A stretch of DNA of 64,000 nt from an uncultured Phycisphaerales bacterium (GTDB lineage Bacteria > Planctomycetota > Phycisphaerae > Sedimentisphaerales > Anaerobacaceae), in NCBI GenBank assembly GCA_963772725.1, contig CAVYYI010000001.1:544001-608000 (forward strand). Direction: 5' to 3'. The position numbers and the translations under genes were made by a program. Shown here one piece after another: positions 22,988 to 32,678 of the stretch. Position 1 is the stretch's first letter. Every line of letters starts with the position of its first letter. The notes beneath the pieces are model-generated. The model saw nothing but the letters and a program-made list of their open reading frames with translations. It ran no database searches and had not been told where the DNA came from.

Positions 22988-24097
22988 GTGGAACCATTTA
23001 CACTTCTGATAAAACCTTCCGGGTCGGATTGTAACGTTGACTGCAAGTACTGTTTTTATAAAAGCAGGGCACCGGAGATAGGTTCGGGCAGGCAGAGGAT
23101 GAATGATGAAGTCCTCGAAAAGCTGGTAAAAGATTATATGAGCCTGAGTTTTCCGGTATCGGGTTTTGCGTGGCAGGGGGGAGAGCCTACACTAATGGGG
23201 CTGGATTTTTATAAAAAGGTTGTTGAACTCCAGAAGAAATATGGAAAGTCGGGACAGGTTGTCAGTAACTCGCTTCAGACTAACGGAATATTACTTAACG
23301 AAGAATGGTGCCGGTTTCTTCACGAGAATCAATTTCTTGTCGGTATAAGTATAGATGGGCCGAAGGAGATGCACGATTATTACCGCAAAGATTACAGCGG
23401 GGCGGGGACTTTCGAGCGGGTCGCAAATGCCATTAAAAGATGCAGGGAATATAATGTTGAATTTAACACGCTGACTTTGCTGAATACAAAAAACGCGGAT
23501 TATCCTGATGAGCTGTTTGATTTTCTAATATCCAACAGAATTAGATATATGCAGTTTATACCGTGCGTCGAGATTGACCCTAATAGCGGGAAGATTGCGG
23601 AATTTTCCATTACGCCGAAACAGTACGGTGATTTTATGTGCCGTTTGTTTGACCGCTGGTATGAATATGGCTATAAGAAACTTAGCATCAGGGATTTCGA
23701 TTCGGTTCTCTCTTACTGCATGCAGGGGCGACATACGATATGCACATTCGGCAGACTGTGCAGTGATTACATTGTAATTGAGCATAACGGGGACGCATTT
23801 TGCTGCGATTTTTTTGTTGAACCTAAATGGCGGCTTGGCAACATTTTTGAAACGCCGATAGAAAAGCTTGCCGGGTCAGTGAAGAAAAAAGAATTTTCCC
23901 GCGAAAAGCAACACCTTTGCAATAAATGTCTTGTTTGCGCTCGTCTTGCGGTTTGCCGCGGCGGATGTATGAAAGATAGAACCCCATTTGGCAGGGAAAA
24001 TTTTAACAGGGAAAGTTATTTCTGTGAAGGCTATAAAAAATTCTTTGAGTACACTCTGCCCCGCTTTATGCAGATTGCAGCCAGGATAAAGGTTTAA
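22988..24097 (+). CDS. Anaerobic sulfatase maturase (radical SAM/SPASM)
   Basis: KPSGSDCNVDCKYCFY, WQGGEPTLMG, SLQTNG, CxxC...CRGGC SPASM cysteines, SYFCEGYK. Confidence 0.92.
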   Translation: MEPFTLLIKPSGSDCNVDCKYCFYKSRAPEIGSGRQRMNDEVLEKLVKDYMSLSFPVSGFAWQGGEPTLMGLDFYKKVVELQKKYGKSGQVVSNSLQTNGILLNEEWCRFLHENQFLVGISIDGPKEMHDYYRKDYSGAGTFERVANAIKRCREYNVEFNTLTLLNTKNADYPDELFDFLISNRIRYMQFIPCVEIDPNSGKIAEFSITPKQYGDFMCRLFDRWYEYGYKKLSIRDFDSVLSYCMQGRHTICTFGRLCSDYIVIEHNGDAFCCDFFVEPKWRLGNIFETPIEKLAGSVKKKEFSREKQHLCNKCLVCARLAVCRGGCMKDRTPFGRENFNRESYFCEGYKKFFEYTLPRFMQIAARIKV

Positions 24098-25887
24098 CTG
24101 CGGGCCTGGCTGAGTATAAGGTCTTTAACCTTTTGACTCGGCAGATTCAATGAGCCAAACGCTCCGGCGGCGGCGCTGCGTAAAGCAGGGTTGGCATCCT
24201 TGGAACTGATTAGCGAATAAATAGCGTCCACTTCGTTGCTGAGCAGGTTGCCGTTAAATTTCGCTGATATGGCCAGCGATTTAAACGCCTCAATTCGAAT
24301 ATTTTCGGAATTAGAATCTTTAAGAGCCATCGCGGCAATCGCGCGTTGTGCTTCCGGTGTCTTTAGATGTGCCAAAATCTCACCGGCGAGAATCTGAATC
24401 TCAGGCCGTTTATCTTTGGTCGCTTCTATAAGAGTATCCTGTGCAGTTGATAAATCAATGACCGGATTTTCAGTCTGTGCAATCTGAAGCATCGCTTTGG
24501 CGGCACGGACGGCATAACTGTCCGCAAGTTTGGCGTTCCATAATCCTTTGGTCTGGCCGGCTTTTTCCGCTGTTTCCCCGATAGCCGCCGCGAGGTTATC
24601 TACGACACCTTTGCTTTCAGGGAATCGCTCCTTGGGCCCCGCCAGTGCTATCGCTATCGCCGCGCTGTATTTCACGGCCTTATCGTCAAAGGTTAAGGCA
24701 TCAGTCAGAGGCTGGCCCGGCCCAAGCTGATAAAGCAAAGTTTTTTCGCCCGCTGTTGCGGACAGTGCCTCAACCGCTCCCAGTGCAACATAAGCGTCTT
24801 TATCTTTAATCGCCCGGGAAAGTGCCTGGTAGAGGTACTCTGGGCCTGCTGTTGTCGCGTAAGTCATCGTGTCGGCGTGGTTGGCGCCGAAATAAGCCGG
24901 CATCTTCACGCCCGTTGATTCAGCCTTGAAAAAGCTGGCAATCCAGAGACCGATTGCCTGACCGTAATTAGGGTCAGCCTTAAGCGCCCATTCGCACGAG
25001 CGCATCGCCATAAGCTCATAAAAATATCGCTTGTCAACCTGCTCACGGCTCAGCCGTTTGTTTGCGGTGTCCCAGAACCATATATTGCCGAAATTGGCGT
25101 CCTCGGCGGGTGCTAACGATTCAGAATGATAATAATAATTGTCTGCAAGCTGGTACAATAATTGCGCTGTCGGAAGATTCTGTGCCGCCGGGTCAATTTC
25201 CTTTATGCTTTCTTCTGCGAGTTTTTTGAGTTCAGCGGAACTGTCTTTTTCAACAACATATTTCAGATAACCAAGCGATTGAGGGTACCCAATTTTCCCA
25301 AGCGCCTTTATTATCTCAGCTTTTACGTCTATGTTATCCGTCTGCAGCGCCGCTGTCAGCGGCCTTATCGAATCTTTTCCTATCTGGGGAAGCGCCCATA
25401 AGACGTTTGACAATTCCTCTTTGTTTGGATTGCTTGCTATCGCCTCTAACATGTGCGGTATCGCGTATTCGCCGGCGTTTTGAAGCCGCTTGACCGCCGT
25501 CAGCCTCCCGCGGTCTGTGGTGCTTAATCTTTTTATTTCATCTATAATAACTTTCGGGTCGGTTCTGCGGACGAATTTCCCCTTTTCGATAATGTCTAAT
25601 ATATTACCTGTCAGTTCGGTAAGTTCCTTGTCTGAAGCTGTCTCCTTGACCCTCAACATTATGTCATAACCCTGCGGATTAGACTCGCTAAGCTCGAGCA
25701 GAGCTACTGGGTCGGGATTGCTGCCAAGAACCGCCTTGGCATAACCCTTGGCCAAATCCAGGCGGCCTATCGCGGTATAGTGCAGAAAATCATTCCAGTT
25801 TCCTTCCAGGCTTTGCTCTGCGGCAATACTAATTGTTGTAACCAGACCTAATGCCAAAATTGCCGCGACAGTCCTTTTGATAGACAT
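24094..25887 (-). CDS. Exported HEAT-repeat protein
   Basis: Signal peptide; repeated HEAT_2-like units (EIIKALGKIG, VALGAVEAL, KYSAAIAIA). Confidence 0.8.
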   Translation of the reverse strand: MSIKRTVAAILALGLVTTISIAAEQSLEGNWNDFLHYTAIGRLDLAKGYAKAVLGSNPDPVALLELSESNPQGYDIMLRVKETASDKELTELTGNILDIIEKGKFVRRTDPKVIIDEIKRLSTTDRGRLTAVKRLQNAGEYAIPHMLEAIASNPNKEELSNVLWALPQIGKDSIRPLTAALQTDNIDVKAEIIKALGKIGYPQSLGYLKYVVEKDSSAELKKLAEESIKEIDPAAQNLPTAQLLYQLADNYYYHSESLAPAEDANFGNIWFWDTANKRLSREQVDKRYFYELMAMRSCEWALKADPNYGQAIGLWIASFFKAESTGVKMPAYFGANHADTMTYATTAGPEYLYQALSRAIKDKDAYVALGAVEALSATAGEKTLLYQLGPGQPLTDALTFDDKAVKYSAAIAIALAGPKERFPESKGVVDNLAAAIGETAEKAGQTKGLWNAKLADSYAVRAAKAMLQIAQTENPVIDLSTAQDTLIEATKDKRPEIQILAGEILAHLKTPEAQRAIAAMALKDSNSENIRIEAFKSLAISAKFNGNLLSNEVDAIYSLISSKDANPALRSAAAGAFGSLNLPSQKVKDLILSQARS

Positions 25888-26004
25888 CAAAAATCTCCCT
25901 AAAATTTGTTATATAAATGCTAAATTCAATCACCGCTCGCAGTTTTCTTTCATCACTGCTTAAAAACAGCCATTTTCACAGCGAGAACTGAGCCGTAAGT
26001 CGTA

Positions 26005-26033
26005 ATTATACCTAAAAACAGGCTTTTTGTCAA
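26005..26033 (-). promoter_or_regulatory. Consensus sigma70 promoter for the HEAT-repeat gene
   Basis: Minus strand TTGACA-17 bp-TATAAT, perfect consensus. Confidence 0.8.
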
Positions 26034-26131
26034 CAGAAAACCATTACCCCCATATATAAAAAAATTCCTGACTCTTTTCATTCCTCCTCTCTTTCCATAC
26101 CCCCTCAAACCTCAGTGGCTAATCTGTACCG

Positions 26132-26356
26132 TTAAAAATACGGAAAGTAGCTCTGCCTTAATGGATATGGATTATTATTGGGCCCCACGTTTCCCTGCAT
26201 AACGGCCAGTACTATAAGCAACAGCAATAAGGCTGTTATACCCGTAATAATCCAAAATTCCGGATTATGAACCAGCCGCTTAATACCGGATGCAGCTTCG
26301 TTCCACCACCTTATATCGGTATGGTGAAAGCCCCTTTTTAAGTGTAAGGTATACAT
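26132..26356 (-). CDS. Small single-pass membrane hypothetical protein
   Basis: AGGGGAG RBS then MYTLHLK; one hydrophobic segment FWIITGITALLLLLIVLAV. Confidence 0.55.
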   Translation of the reverse strand: MYTLHLKRGFHHTDIRWWNEAASGIKRLVHNPEFWIITGITALLLLLIVLAVMQGNVGPNNNPYPLRQSYFPYF

Positions 26357-26578
26357 TTTTTGTTCTCCCCTTAATTCGTCCATCAATTTTCATTGTAAAA
26401 ACCCTGTTTTTTCTCCACCTCACCATTTTCTCTATTTTTTATACGCCCCCGTATTAAATGAGTTCGGTTTGAAAACGAATCCGTAACGAACGAAACGAAA
26501 AAAAGGTTTTAAAAATCTACGTAACGAAAGACCCTGACTGAAAATAACCCTTTGATTTTGGTTTGTGCCTTTGCCTGT

Positions 26579-26646
26579 TACGTATACGTATACGTAGTAA
26601 TATATATTATATATTACGTTACGTACGTATACGTATACGTTACGTT
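26579..26646. repeat. TACGTA-based compound palindrome
   Basis: (TACGTA)x3, then GTAATATATA-T-TATATATTAC, then GTTACG-(TACGTA)x2-TACGT-TACGTT. Confidence 0.85.
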
Positions 26647-26780
26647 AGTCGCCCTTTTTTTTCTGCTCCTGACTTTTCTCCCGATTTCCCTTTGTTTTTG
26701 CAGTTCTTCCTGTTTTTTTTGGTTCTTTAGATGTTTTTCAGAACGATAAAGAAAAATGCTTGCATTATAAAATTTATATA

Positions 26781-26810
26781 TTACTATGTGAACATATAAT
26801 CATATAGTAA
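26781..26810. promoter_or_regulatory. Probable ArsR operator overlapping the ars promoter
   Basis: TTACTATGTGA-N8-TCATATAGTAA (11-bp inverted repeat, 1 mismatch) just upstream of arsR; TTGCAT...TACTAT promoter candidate. Confidence 0.7.
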
Positions 26811-26822
26811 GTATTATGGAAT

Positions 26823-27159
26823 ATGAAAATGCTCGAACAAGAAAAAAAAGCTGGTATTTGAAAAACAGGCTGAGATTGTAAAGGCCATATCACATCCGGT
26901 ACGAATCGCGATACTCGATTTTCTCAAAGACGGTGAGCAATGTGTATGCGATATCGCCGATTATGTCGGCTCGGAACGTTCAAACGTTTCGCATCATCTT
27001 TCAGTTATGGTTAATGCCGGCATACTCGAATATCGCAAGGATGGACTCAATGTAATTTACAGGCTCAAAGCTCCGTGCATCCTCGATTTCTTTTCATGCA
27101 TAAGCACCTGCCTCAAAGAACAGTTGCAGGAAAATGGAGAATTGTTAAAGAGTTTGTAA
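26823..27159 (+). CDS. arsR: ArsR/SmtB family repressor (absent from ORF track; +1 shift in the A8 run at 26842-26849)
   Basis: Manual translation: MKMLEQEKK/LVFEKQAEIVKAISHPVRIAILDFLKDGEQCVCDIADYVGSERSNVSHHLSVMVNAGILEYRKDGLNVIYRL... Confidence 0.9.
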
Positions 27160-27173
27160 TCTGGAGATTGTTG

Positions 27174-28487
27174 ATGGATTGGAAAAATGAATGGAAAAAA
27201 TTCGCGGCCATTGTAGCGATTTTTGTTGTTGCCTATACCTTGCCACTCGGTAATCCTAAAGTCAGCAATGCCGTTCTCGAAGCGTTCAGGCTTCTTCAAT
27301 GGTATGCAATAAATCATACGCTGGCCTGTGTCGTGCCTGCGATGTTTATCGCCGGGGCGATATCGACTTTTCTTTCACAGGCGTCTGTAATGCGTTATCT
27401 TGGCCCTCGCGCAAACCGTCCGCTTGCCTATTCGGTGGCATCTGTCGCAGGCGTTATCCTTGCCGTATGTTCATGCAGCGTTTTACCAATGTTTGCCGGC
27501 ATTTATATGATGGGCGCAGGTCTTGGCCCTGCAAGCGCGTTCCTTTATTCCGGCCCAGCCATAAACATCATGGCGATTTTTCTCTCAGCACGCGTTCTCG
27601 GTTTCGACCTCGGTGTTGCTCGTGTCATTGGTTCAGTTGGCTTTGCATTTATAATTGGCCTTATGATGGCTTTAATATTTCGACATAGCGAAAAAAAACG
27701 TGTTGAAGCAGCAATGCAAATGCCCCCGACGCCTCACAATCCCCGGCCTTTGTGGAAAACCACGTTGTATTTTCTTTGCATGATTTTGTTTCTTATATTC
27801 AGCGACTGGTACAATACCAATGACGTTACAATCGCGATGAACGATGGAACCAGAATTACTGCCAACGTACGCTACTCAACACAGGACGCCCTCGATGTCC
27901 GCCAGTATAGTCCTGAAGGCAAACTTTTAACGGACACCGTTCGGCTCCAACGTTCAAACATCACTTCGATAGAACCCGTACCGAGCTTCACAATGACAGT
28001 AAATGGAATAAAATGGTATCTTGCCGGCGTTATGGGTTTGGCCGTACTTTTAATGGCTTGGAAATGGTTCGAGCGTGATGAAGTAAAACAGTGGATGCAC
28101 GCAACTTGGGATTTCGGCATGATGATTGTGCCATTATTATTTGGCGGTGTTTTCATTACGGGCTTTATCAGTGCGCTTATTCCCGAAAAATATGTCGCAG
28201 GTCTGGTAGGTGGCAACAGCTTACAGTCCAATTTTATCGCCTCTTTTGTCGGAATGTTGTGGTATTTCGCCACGCTTACCGAAATTCCAATTGTGGAAAT
28301 GCTTATGCGTCTGGGAATGGGAAAAGGACCGGCACTTGGATTGCTTTTGGCTGGTCCCGCGTTATCATTGCCCAGCATTTTGGTTATATACAAAGTTATC
28401 GGCTGGAAAAAGACCTTCGTCTTTTGCTTCCTTGTAGTCTTTATGTCCACAATTTGTGGTATGATTTTTGGAATGTTTTATAAATAG
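27174..28487 (+). CDS. arsP: ArsP-type (DUF318) permease
   Basis: LAVCSCSVLPMFAGIY, AFLYSGPAINI, YFATLTEIPI, LLAGPALSLP. Confidence 0.85.
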   Translation: MDWKNEWKKFAAIVAIFVVAYTLPLGNPKVSNAVLEAFRLLQWYAINHTLACVVPAMFIAGAISTFLSQASVMRYLGPRANRPLAYSVASVAGVILAVCSCSVLPMFAGIYMMGAGLGPASAFLYSGPAINIMAIFLSARVLGFDLGVARVIGSVGFAFIIGLMMALIFRHSEKKRVEAAMQMPPTPHNPRPLWKTTLYFLCMILFLIFSDWYNTNDVTIAMNDGTRITANVRYSTQDALDVRQYSPEGKLLTDTVRLQRSNITSIEPVPSFTMTVNGIKWYLAGVMGLAVLLMAWKWFERDEVKQWMHATWDFGMMIVPLLFGGVFITGFISALIPEKYVAGLVGGNSLQSNFIASFVGMLWYFATLTEIPIVEMLMRLGMGKGPALGLLLAGPALSLPSILVIYKVIGWKKTFVFCFLVVFMSTICGMIFGMFYK

Positions 28488-28496
28488 GAATACAAA

Positions 28497-28730
28497 ATGA
28501 AAAAAATACAAATACTCGGCACAGGCTGTCCGAAATGTAAAAAGCTGGCTGAAAACGCCGAAGCCGCCGCCAAAGAACTCGGCATCGAGTACCAGCTCGA
28601 AAAGGTTACGCAGATAAACGAGATAATGGCTTTCGGTATCATGATGACCCCGGCTTTAGCGGTAGATGGTCAGGTAAAAATGGCGGGTAAAGTCGCTTCG
28701 CCTGAAGATATTAAAAAGATGTTGTTATAG
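28497..28730 (+). CDS. Small redox-active disulfide protein (MTH895-like thioredoxin family)
   Basis: IQILGTGCPKCKKL...MTPALAVDG. Confidence 0.9.
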   Translation: MKKIQILGTGCPKCKKLAENAEAAAKELGIEYQLEKVTQINEIMAFGIMMTPALAVDGQVKMAGKVASPEDIKKMLL

Positions 28731-28748
28731 AAAAAGGAGCATTTGTTT

Positions 28749-29225
28749 ATGAATAAATCAGTAAAAATTGTAATTGTTGTTGCCTTAATTGTAGTTGTGG
28801 GCGCAGTTTTTGCTCTAAAGCAAAAAGATAAATCTTCAGTTTCTAAACCTGTTGCGGTAACAAATTCAAACTCAAATACAGCAACAGAAAGCAAACCGCT
28901 GAATTTTGAAAGTTCAAAATCAACAGATGCAATCGTCAATTTGCCTCGCCTTGTCGATTTCGGCGCGGGAAAATGCATCCCATGCAAGATGATGGCACCC
29001 ATTCTTGAAGAACTGAAAAAGGAATATGCAGGCGTATTGAAAGTTGATTTTATTGACGTTTGGGAAAATCCAAACGCGGGTCAGCAGTACGGAATAAATG
29101 TTATTCCCACACAGATATTTTACGACTCCACTGGTAAAGAACTGTTTCGTCATGAGGGATTTTTCTCGAAGGAAGATATCCTCGCCAAATGGAAGGAACT
29201 CGGTTTCGAGATGAAGAAAAAATGA
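28749..29225 (+). CDS. Membrane-anchored thioredoxin
   Basis: N-terminal TM; LVDFGAGKCIPCKMMAP, IPTQIF. Confidence 0.88.
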   Translation: MNKSVKIVIVVALIVVVGAVFALKQKDKSSVSKPVAVTNSNSNTATESKPLNFESSKSTDAIVNLPRLVDFGAGKCIPCKMMAPILEELKKEYAGVLKVDFIDVWENPNAGQQYGINVIPTQIFYDSTGKELFRHEGFFSKEDILAKWKELGFEMKKK

Positions 29226-29923
29226 TGCAGGAACTATTTACAACACTTACCCATGCAGTCGAAAGTACGCCTCTTGTTGCATTGTCTGCGGCATTTATCT
29301 GGGGCATCTTGAGCGTTGTTCTCAGCCCGTGCCATTTAGCCAGCATTCCATTGATTGTCGGCTTCATTGATGAGCAAGGCAGAATCTCCACCAGGCGCGC
29401 ATTCTGGATTTCAACACTCTTTGCCGTCGGCATCCTCATAACAATCGCGGCTATCGGAGCCATTACCGCTGCGGCAGGCAGAATGATGGGTGACATTGGA
29501 AAATACGGCAACTACTTTGTCGCATTAATCTTTTTCCTTGTTGGGCTTCATTTACTCGACATAATACCCGCTCCGTGGTCAGGCCCCGGCAATATCGGCC
29601 TCAAGCGTAAAGGAATGCTCGCAGCTCTTATTCTCGGCCTTGTCTTCGGTATCGCTCTTGGCCCATGCACCTTCGCGTACATGGCTCCGATTCTCGGCGT
29701 AACATTCAAAGTCGCATCCAACAATTTACTCTACGGAATTTTGCTTCTCCTCATGTACGGCATCGGCCATTGTTCAGTGATAATTTTAGCTGGCACTTTT
29801 ACAGAGTTTGTCCAGCAATACCTGAACTGGAACGAAAAATCCAAAGGTGCCATAATACTTAAAAAAATCTGCGGAGTCCTCGTCCTCGCCGGAGGTGTCT
29901 ATCTGATTTATGCGGCGCCATAA
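29222..29923 (+). CDS. ccdA: CcdA/DsbD-family transmembrane electron transporter
   Basis: LSPCHLASIP and LGPCTFA cysteine motifs; multiple TM helices. Confidence 0.85.
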   Translation: MMQELFTTLTHAVESTPLVALSAAFIWGILSVVLSPCHLASIPLIVGFIDEQGRISTRRAFWISTLFAVGILITIAAIGAITAAAGRMMGDIGKYGNYFVALIFFLVGLHLLDIIPAPWSGPGNIGLKRKGMLAALILGLVFGIALGPCTFAYMAPILGVTFKVASNNLLYGILLLLMYGIGHCSVIILAGTFTEFVQQYLNWNEKSKGAIILKKICGVLVLAGGVYLIYAAP

Positions 29924-29958
29924 TAACTTTATAAATGCTTAACATTGAGGTAAATAAA

Positions 29959-30780
29959 ATGAATGAAAAAGAAATTAAAAAAATAGTACAGGAAAGTTAT
30001 CGAAAAGTTGTTAGCTCGCCGAGTAATTGCGATTCCCATGGTTGTTGCTGCGGTGGGGCGGCTTCGGCGAAAACCATCAGCGAAAAAATCGGATATACCC
30101 AGGAAGATATGCAAAATGTACCCGAAGGCGCAAATCTTGGTTTAGGCTGTGGAAATCCCATCGCTTTGGCCTCTCTTAAGCAGGGCGAAACAGTCCTTGA
30201 TTTGGGTTCGGGTGCGGGATTCGATTGCTTTCTCGCTGCCAATAAAGTCGGCCCGACCGGAAAAGTCATTGGTGTTGACATGACCGCCGAAATGGTCGAA
30301 AATGCAAGAAAAAATGCCGCCAGCGGTAGCTACGCGAATGTTGAGTTTCGTCTTGGAGAAATTGAAAATCTGCCTGTCGATGACAGTTCGGTTAATATCG
30401 TAATTTCCAACTGTGTTATTAATTTAGTGCCTGATAAAAACACAGCCTTCAAAGAAGCATATCGTGTGTTGACACCCGGCGGTCGGCTTATGGTTTCCGA
30501 TGTGGTTTTGCTTAAAACACTTCCCAAAGCGATACGTGATTCCGTTGAAGCGTATGTGGGTTGTCTGTCTGGAGCCATGATGAAAGACGATTATCTCGAA
30601 GTAATTTCAAAGGCCGGTTTTAAGAATATAAAAGTTTTCGAAGAAAACGCCTTTCCTCTTGATGTTATGGCAAATGACCCCACCGCAAAAGCAATTCTCG
30701 ATATGCCAAAAGTATCCGCTGAAGATATGAAATCAGCGGCAAATTCGGTTGTCAGCATAAAAGTTTACGCGGAAAAGTAA
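29959..30780 (+). CDS. arsM: Arsenite S-adenosylmethionine methyltransferase
   Basis: [42 protein letters not shown]. Confidence 0.93.
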   Translation: MNEKEIKKIVQESYRKVVSSPSNCDSHGCCCGGAASAKTISEKIGYTQEDMQNVPEGANLGLGCGNPIALASLKQGETVLDLGSGAGFDCFLAANKVGPTGKVIGVDMTAEMVENARKNAASGSYANVEFRLGEIENLPVDDSSVNIVISNCVINLVPDKNTAFKEAYRVLTPGGRLMVSDVVLLKTLPKAIRDSVEAYVGCLSGAMMKDDYLEVISKAGFKNIKVFEENAFPLDVMANDPTAKAILDMPKVSAEDMKSAANSVVSIKVYAEK

Positions 30781-30793
30781 TGGAGATTTGTTT

Positions 30794-31852
30794 ATGAAAT
30801 CAAAAGTAGCCTCACGATTATCGTTCCTCGATAGATACCTTACCATATGGATTTTCGCCGCGATGGCCTTCGGTGTCGGCTGCGGTTATTTTTACCCGGC
30901 GATAGTAAATTTCTGGAACAAATTCCAATACGACACAACCAACATTCCGATAGCGATCGGCCTGATTCTCATGATGTATCCGCCGCTGGCAAAAGTTAAA
31001 TACGAGGAATTCGGCGGAGTCTTTCGCGATTATAAAGTGCTTGGCCTGTCACTCGTGCAAAACTGGGTCATAGGCCCCATACTAATGTTTCTGCTGGCGA
31101 TAGTGTTCCTGCGCGGATACCCCGATTACATGGTCGGCCTTATCCTCATCGGCCTTGCCCGCTGCATCGCCATGGTTATCGTATGGAATACCCTGGCTGG
31201 CGGTGACACCGAATACGCCGCCGGTCTTGTCGCATTCAATTCCATCTTTCAGGTGCTGTTTTTCTCTGTCTATGCATGGATATTCATAACGGTTTTACCC
31301 CCGCTCGTAGGCCTCAAAGGTTCCGTTGTCGATGTATCCATTTCGCAGATAGCTAAAAGCGTCTTCATCTATCTCGGCATCCCTTTTATCGCCGGTATCA
31401 TAACGCGTTTTTCGCTTATAAAGCTGAAAAATAAAACATGGTATCAGGATAAATTTATTCCGAAAATTAGCCCGATTACTCTCATTGCTCTGCTGTTCAC
31501 TATTTTTGTTATGTTCAGCCTCAAGGGCAATTTCATCGTCTCCCTCCCGCTTGATGTCCTGCGCATAGCCGTACCCTTACTGATTTATTTCGTCGTGATG
31601 TTTCTCGTAACATTTATTATGAGCGCAAAATTAGGAGCAGGCTACGCCAAATCCGCCACGCTGTCCTTCACCGCCGCCTCGAACAATTTCGAGCTTGCCA
31701 TCGCCGTCGCTGTCGCCGTCTTCGGCATAAATTCAGGCCAGGCCTTCGCCGCCGTCATCGGCCCACTCGTAGAAGTCCCCGTCCTTATCAGCCTGGTAAA
31801 CGTCTCTCTATGGCTCAAAACCAAATACTTCCCAACCCCCGAACCAACTTAA
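30794..31852 (+). CDS. acr3: Acr3 arsenite efflux transporter
   Basis: [52 protein letters not shown]. Confidence 0.96.
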   Translation: MKSKVASRLSFLDRYLTIWIFAAMAFGVGCGYFYPAIVNFWNKFQYDTTNIPIAIGLILMMYPPLAKVKYEEFGGVFRDYKVLGLSLVQNWVIGPILMFLLAIVFLRGYPDYMVGLILIGLARCIAMVIVWNTLAGGDTEYAAGLVAFNSIFQVLFFSVYAWIFITVLPPLVGLKGSVVDVSISQIAKSVFIYLGIPFIAGIITRFSLIKLKNKTWYQDKFIPKISPITLIALLFTIFVMFSLKGNFIVSLPLDVLRIAVPLLIYFVVMFLVTFIMSAKLGAGYAKSATLSFTAASNNFELAIAVAVAVFGINSGQAFAAVIGPLVEVPVLISLVNVSLWLKTKYFPTPEPT

Positions 31853-31902
31853 TCCAGATATTAACCGCGAACGAATACTGACGGAATTGATGATTACTTT
31901 AC

Positions 31903-32014
31903 AATCTGTGAAAATCTGCGTTAATCTGCGGATAAAAAAAATAATCAGTGAAATCAGCGTAATCAGTGATAAAAAATTGTTTTTCTCTGCGTTCTCTGTG
32001 ACCTCTGTGGCTAA
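31903..32014. repeat. 9-bp periodic repeat tract between convergent acr3 and lexA
   Basis: AATCTGTG/AATCTGCG, AATCAGTG/AATCAGCG and CTCTGTG units. Confidence 0.75.
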
Positions 32015-32015
32015 G

Positions 32016-32678
32016 CTAAAATTTTCTCATCAATCCAACAACGACCGCTTCGATTCGGCAAATCTCCGGATAGATCGGTTCGTATTTTTCATTGGCAGGC
32101 TGTAATCTGATTCGCCCATTTTCCTTATAGAATCGTTTCAGCGTCGCGTTTTCGTTATCGATAATCGCGACAACCAACTGGCCGTTATTGGCGACCGAGG
32201 CTTTTTTGCAAATCACGTAATCCCCGCTGCATATCCCGTCTTCAATCATACTGTCACCGGCAACCTTTAACGCGAATGTCCCCACATCCGCTCCGAAATG
32301 CGAACCCAGTGAAATCCTCTCATCCGTTTCTATCGCTTCGATAGGTACACCCGCCGCGACTGTCCCCGATAGGGGGATACCATCGTTAGACTCAACCGTT
32401 ACCTCCGGCTCATTATCCGCGAGACTTTCAAGCAGTTCTTGCGATTTTGATGTCAGGGTTAAAGAGCGAATCTTTCCCGGCAAAACCGAAAGCAGAGATT
32501 TTTTTTGCAGTTCTTCGAGATGCTCGAATACGGTGCTTCGACTTATGTTCAGCGTGCCTGCGAGTTCTGCTATCGTCGGGGAATAGCAGTGACTGGCTGT
32601 GAAATTCGCCACGACTTTGAGTACCTCCAACTGGCGAGGTGTAAGCTGGCTTATCGACTTTGCCGATATTACCTTCAT
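32016..32678 (-). CDS. lexA: SOS repressor LexA
   Basis: LTPRQ...PTIAELA wHTH; VAAG cleavage site; GDSM catalytic Ser; TLKRF catalytic Lys; LQPAN. Confidence 0.95.
   Translation of the reverse strand: MKVISAKSISQLTPRQLEVLKVVANFTASHCYSPTIAELAGTLNISRSTVFEHLEELQKKSLLSVLPGKIRSLTLTSKSQELLESLADNEPEVTVESNDGIPLSGTVAAGVPIEAIETDERISLGSHFGADVGTFALKVAGDSMIEDGICSGDYVICKKASVANNGQLVVAIIDNENATLKRFYKENGRIRLQPANEKYEPIYPEICRIEAVVVGLMRKF

Noticed and set aside
22988..24097. Radical SAM/SPASM enzyme as a RiPP maturase acting on the acidic miniprotein
   Set aside because: Its motifs match anaerobic sulfatase maturases, and there is no RRE, transporter or adjacent precursor peptide.
26552..26749. 65-aa YVYVYV ORF
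   Set aside because: Translation of the TACGTA palindrome and T-rich tract; TTG start with no RBS.
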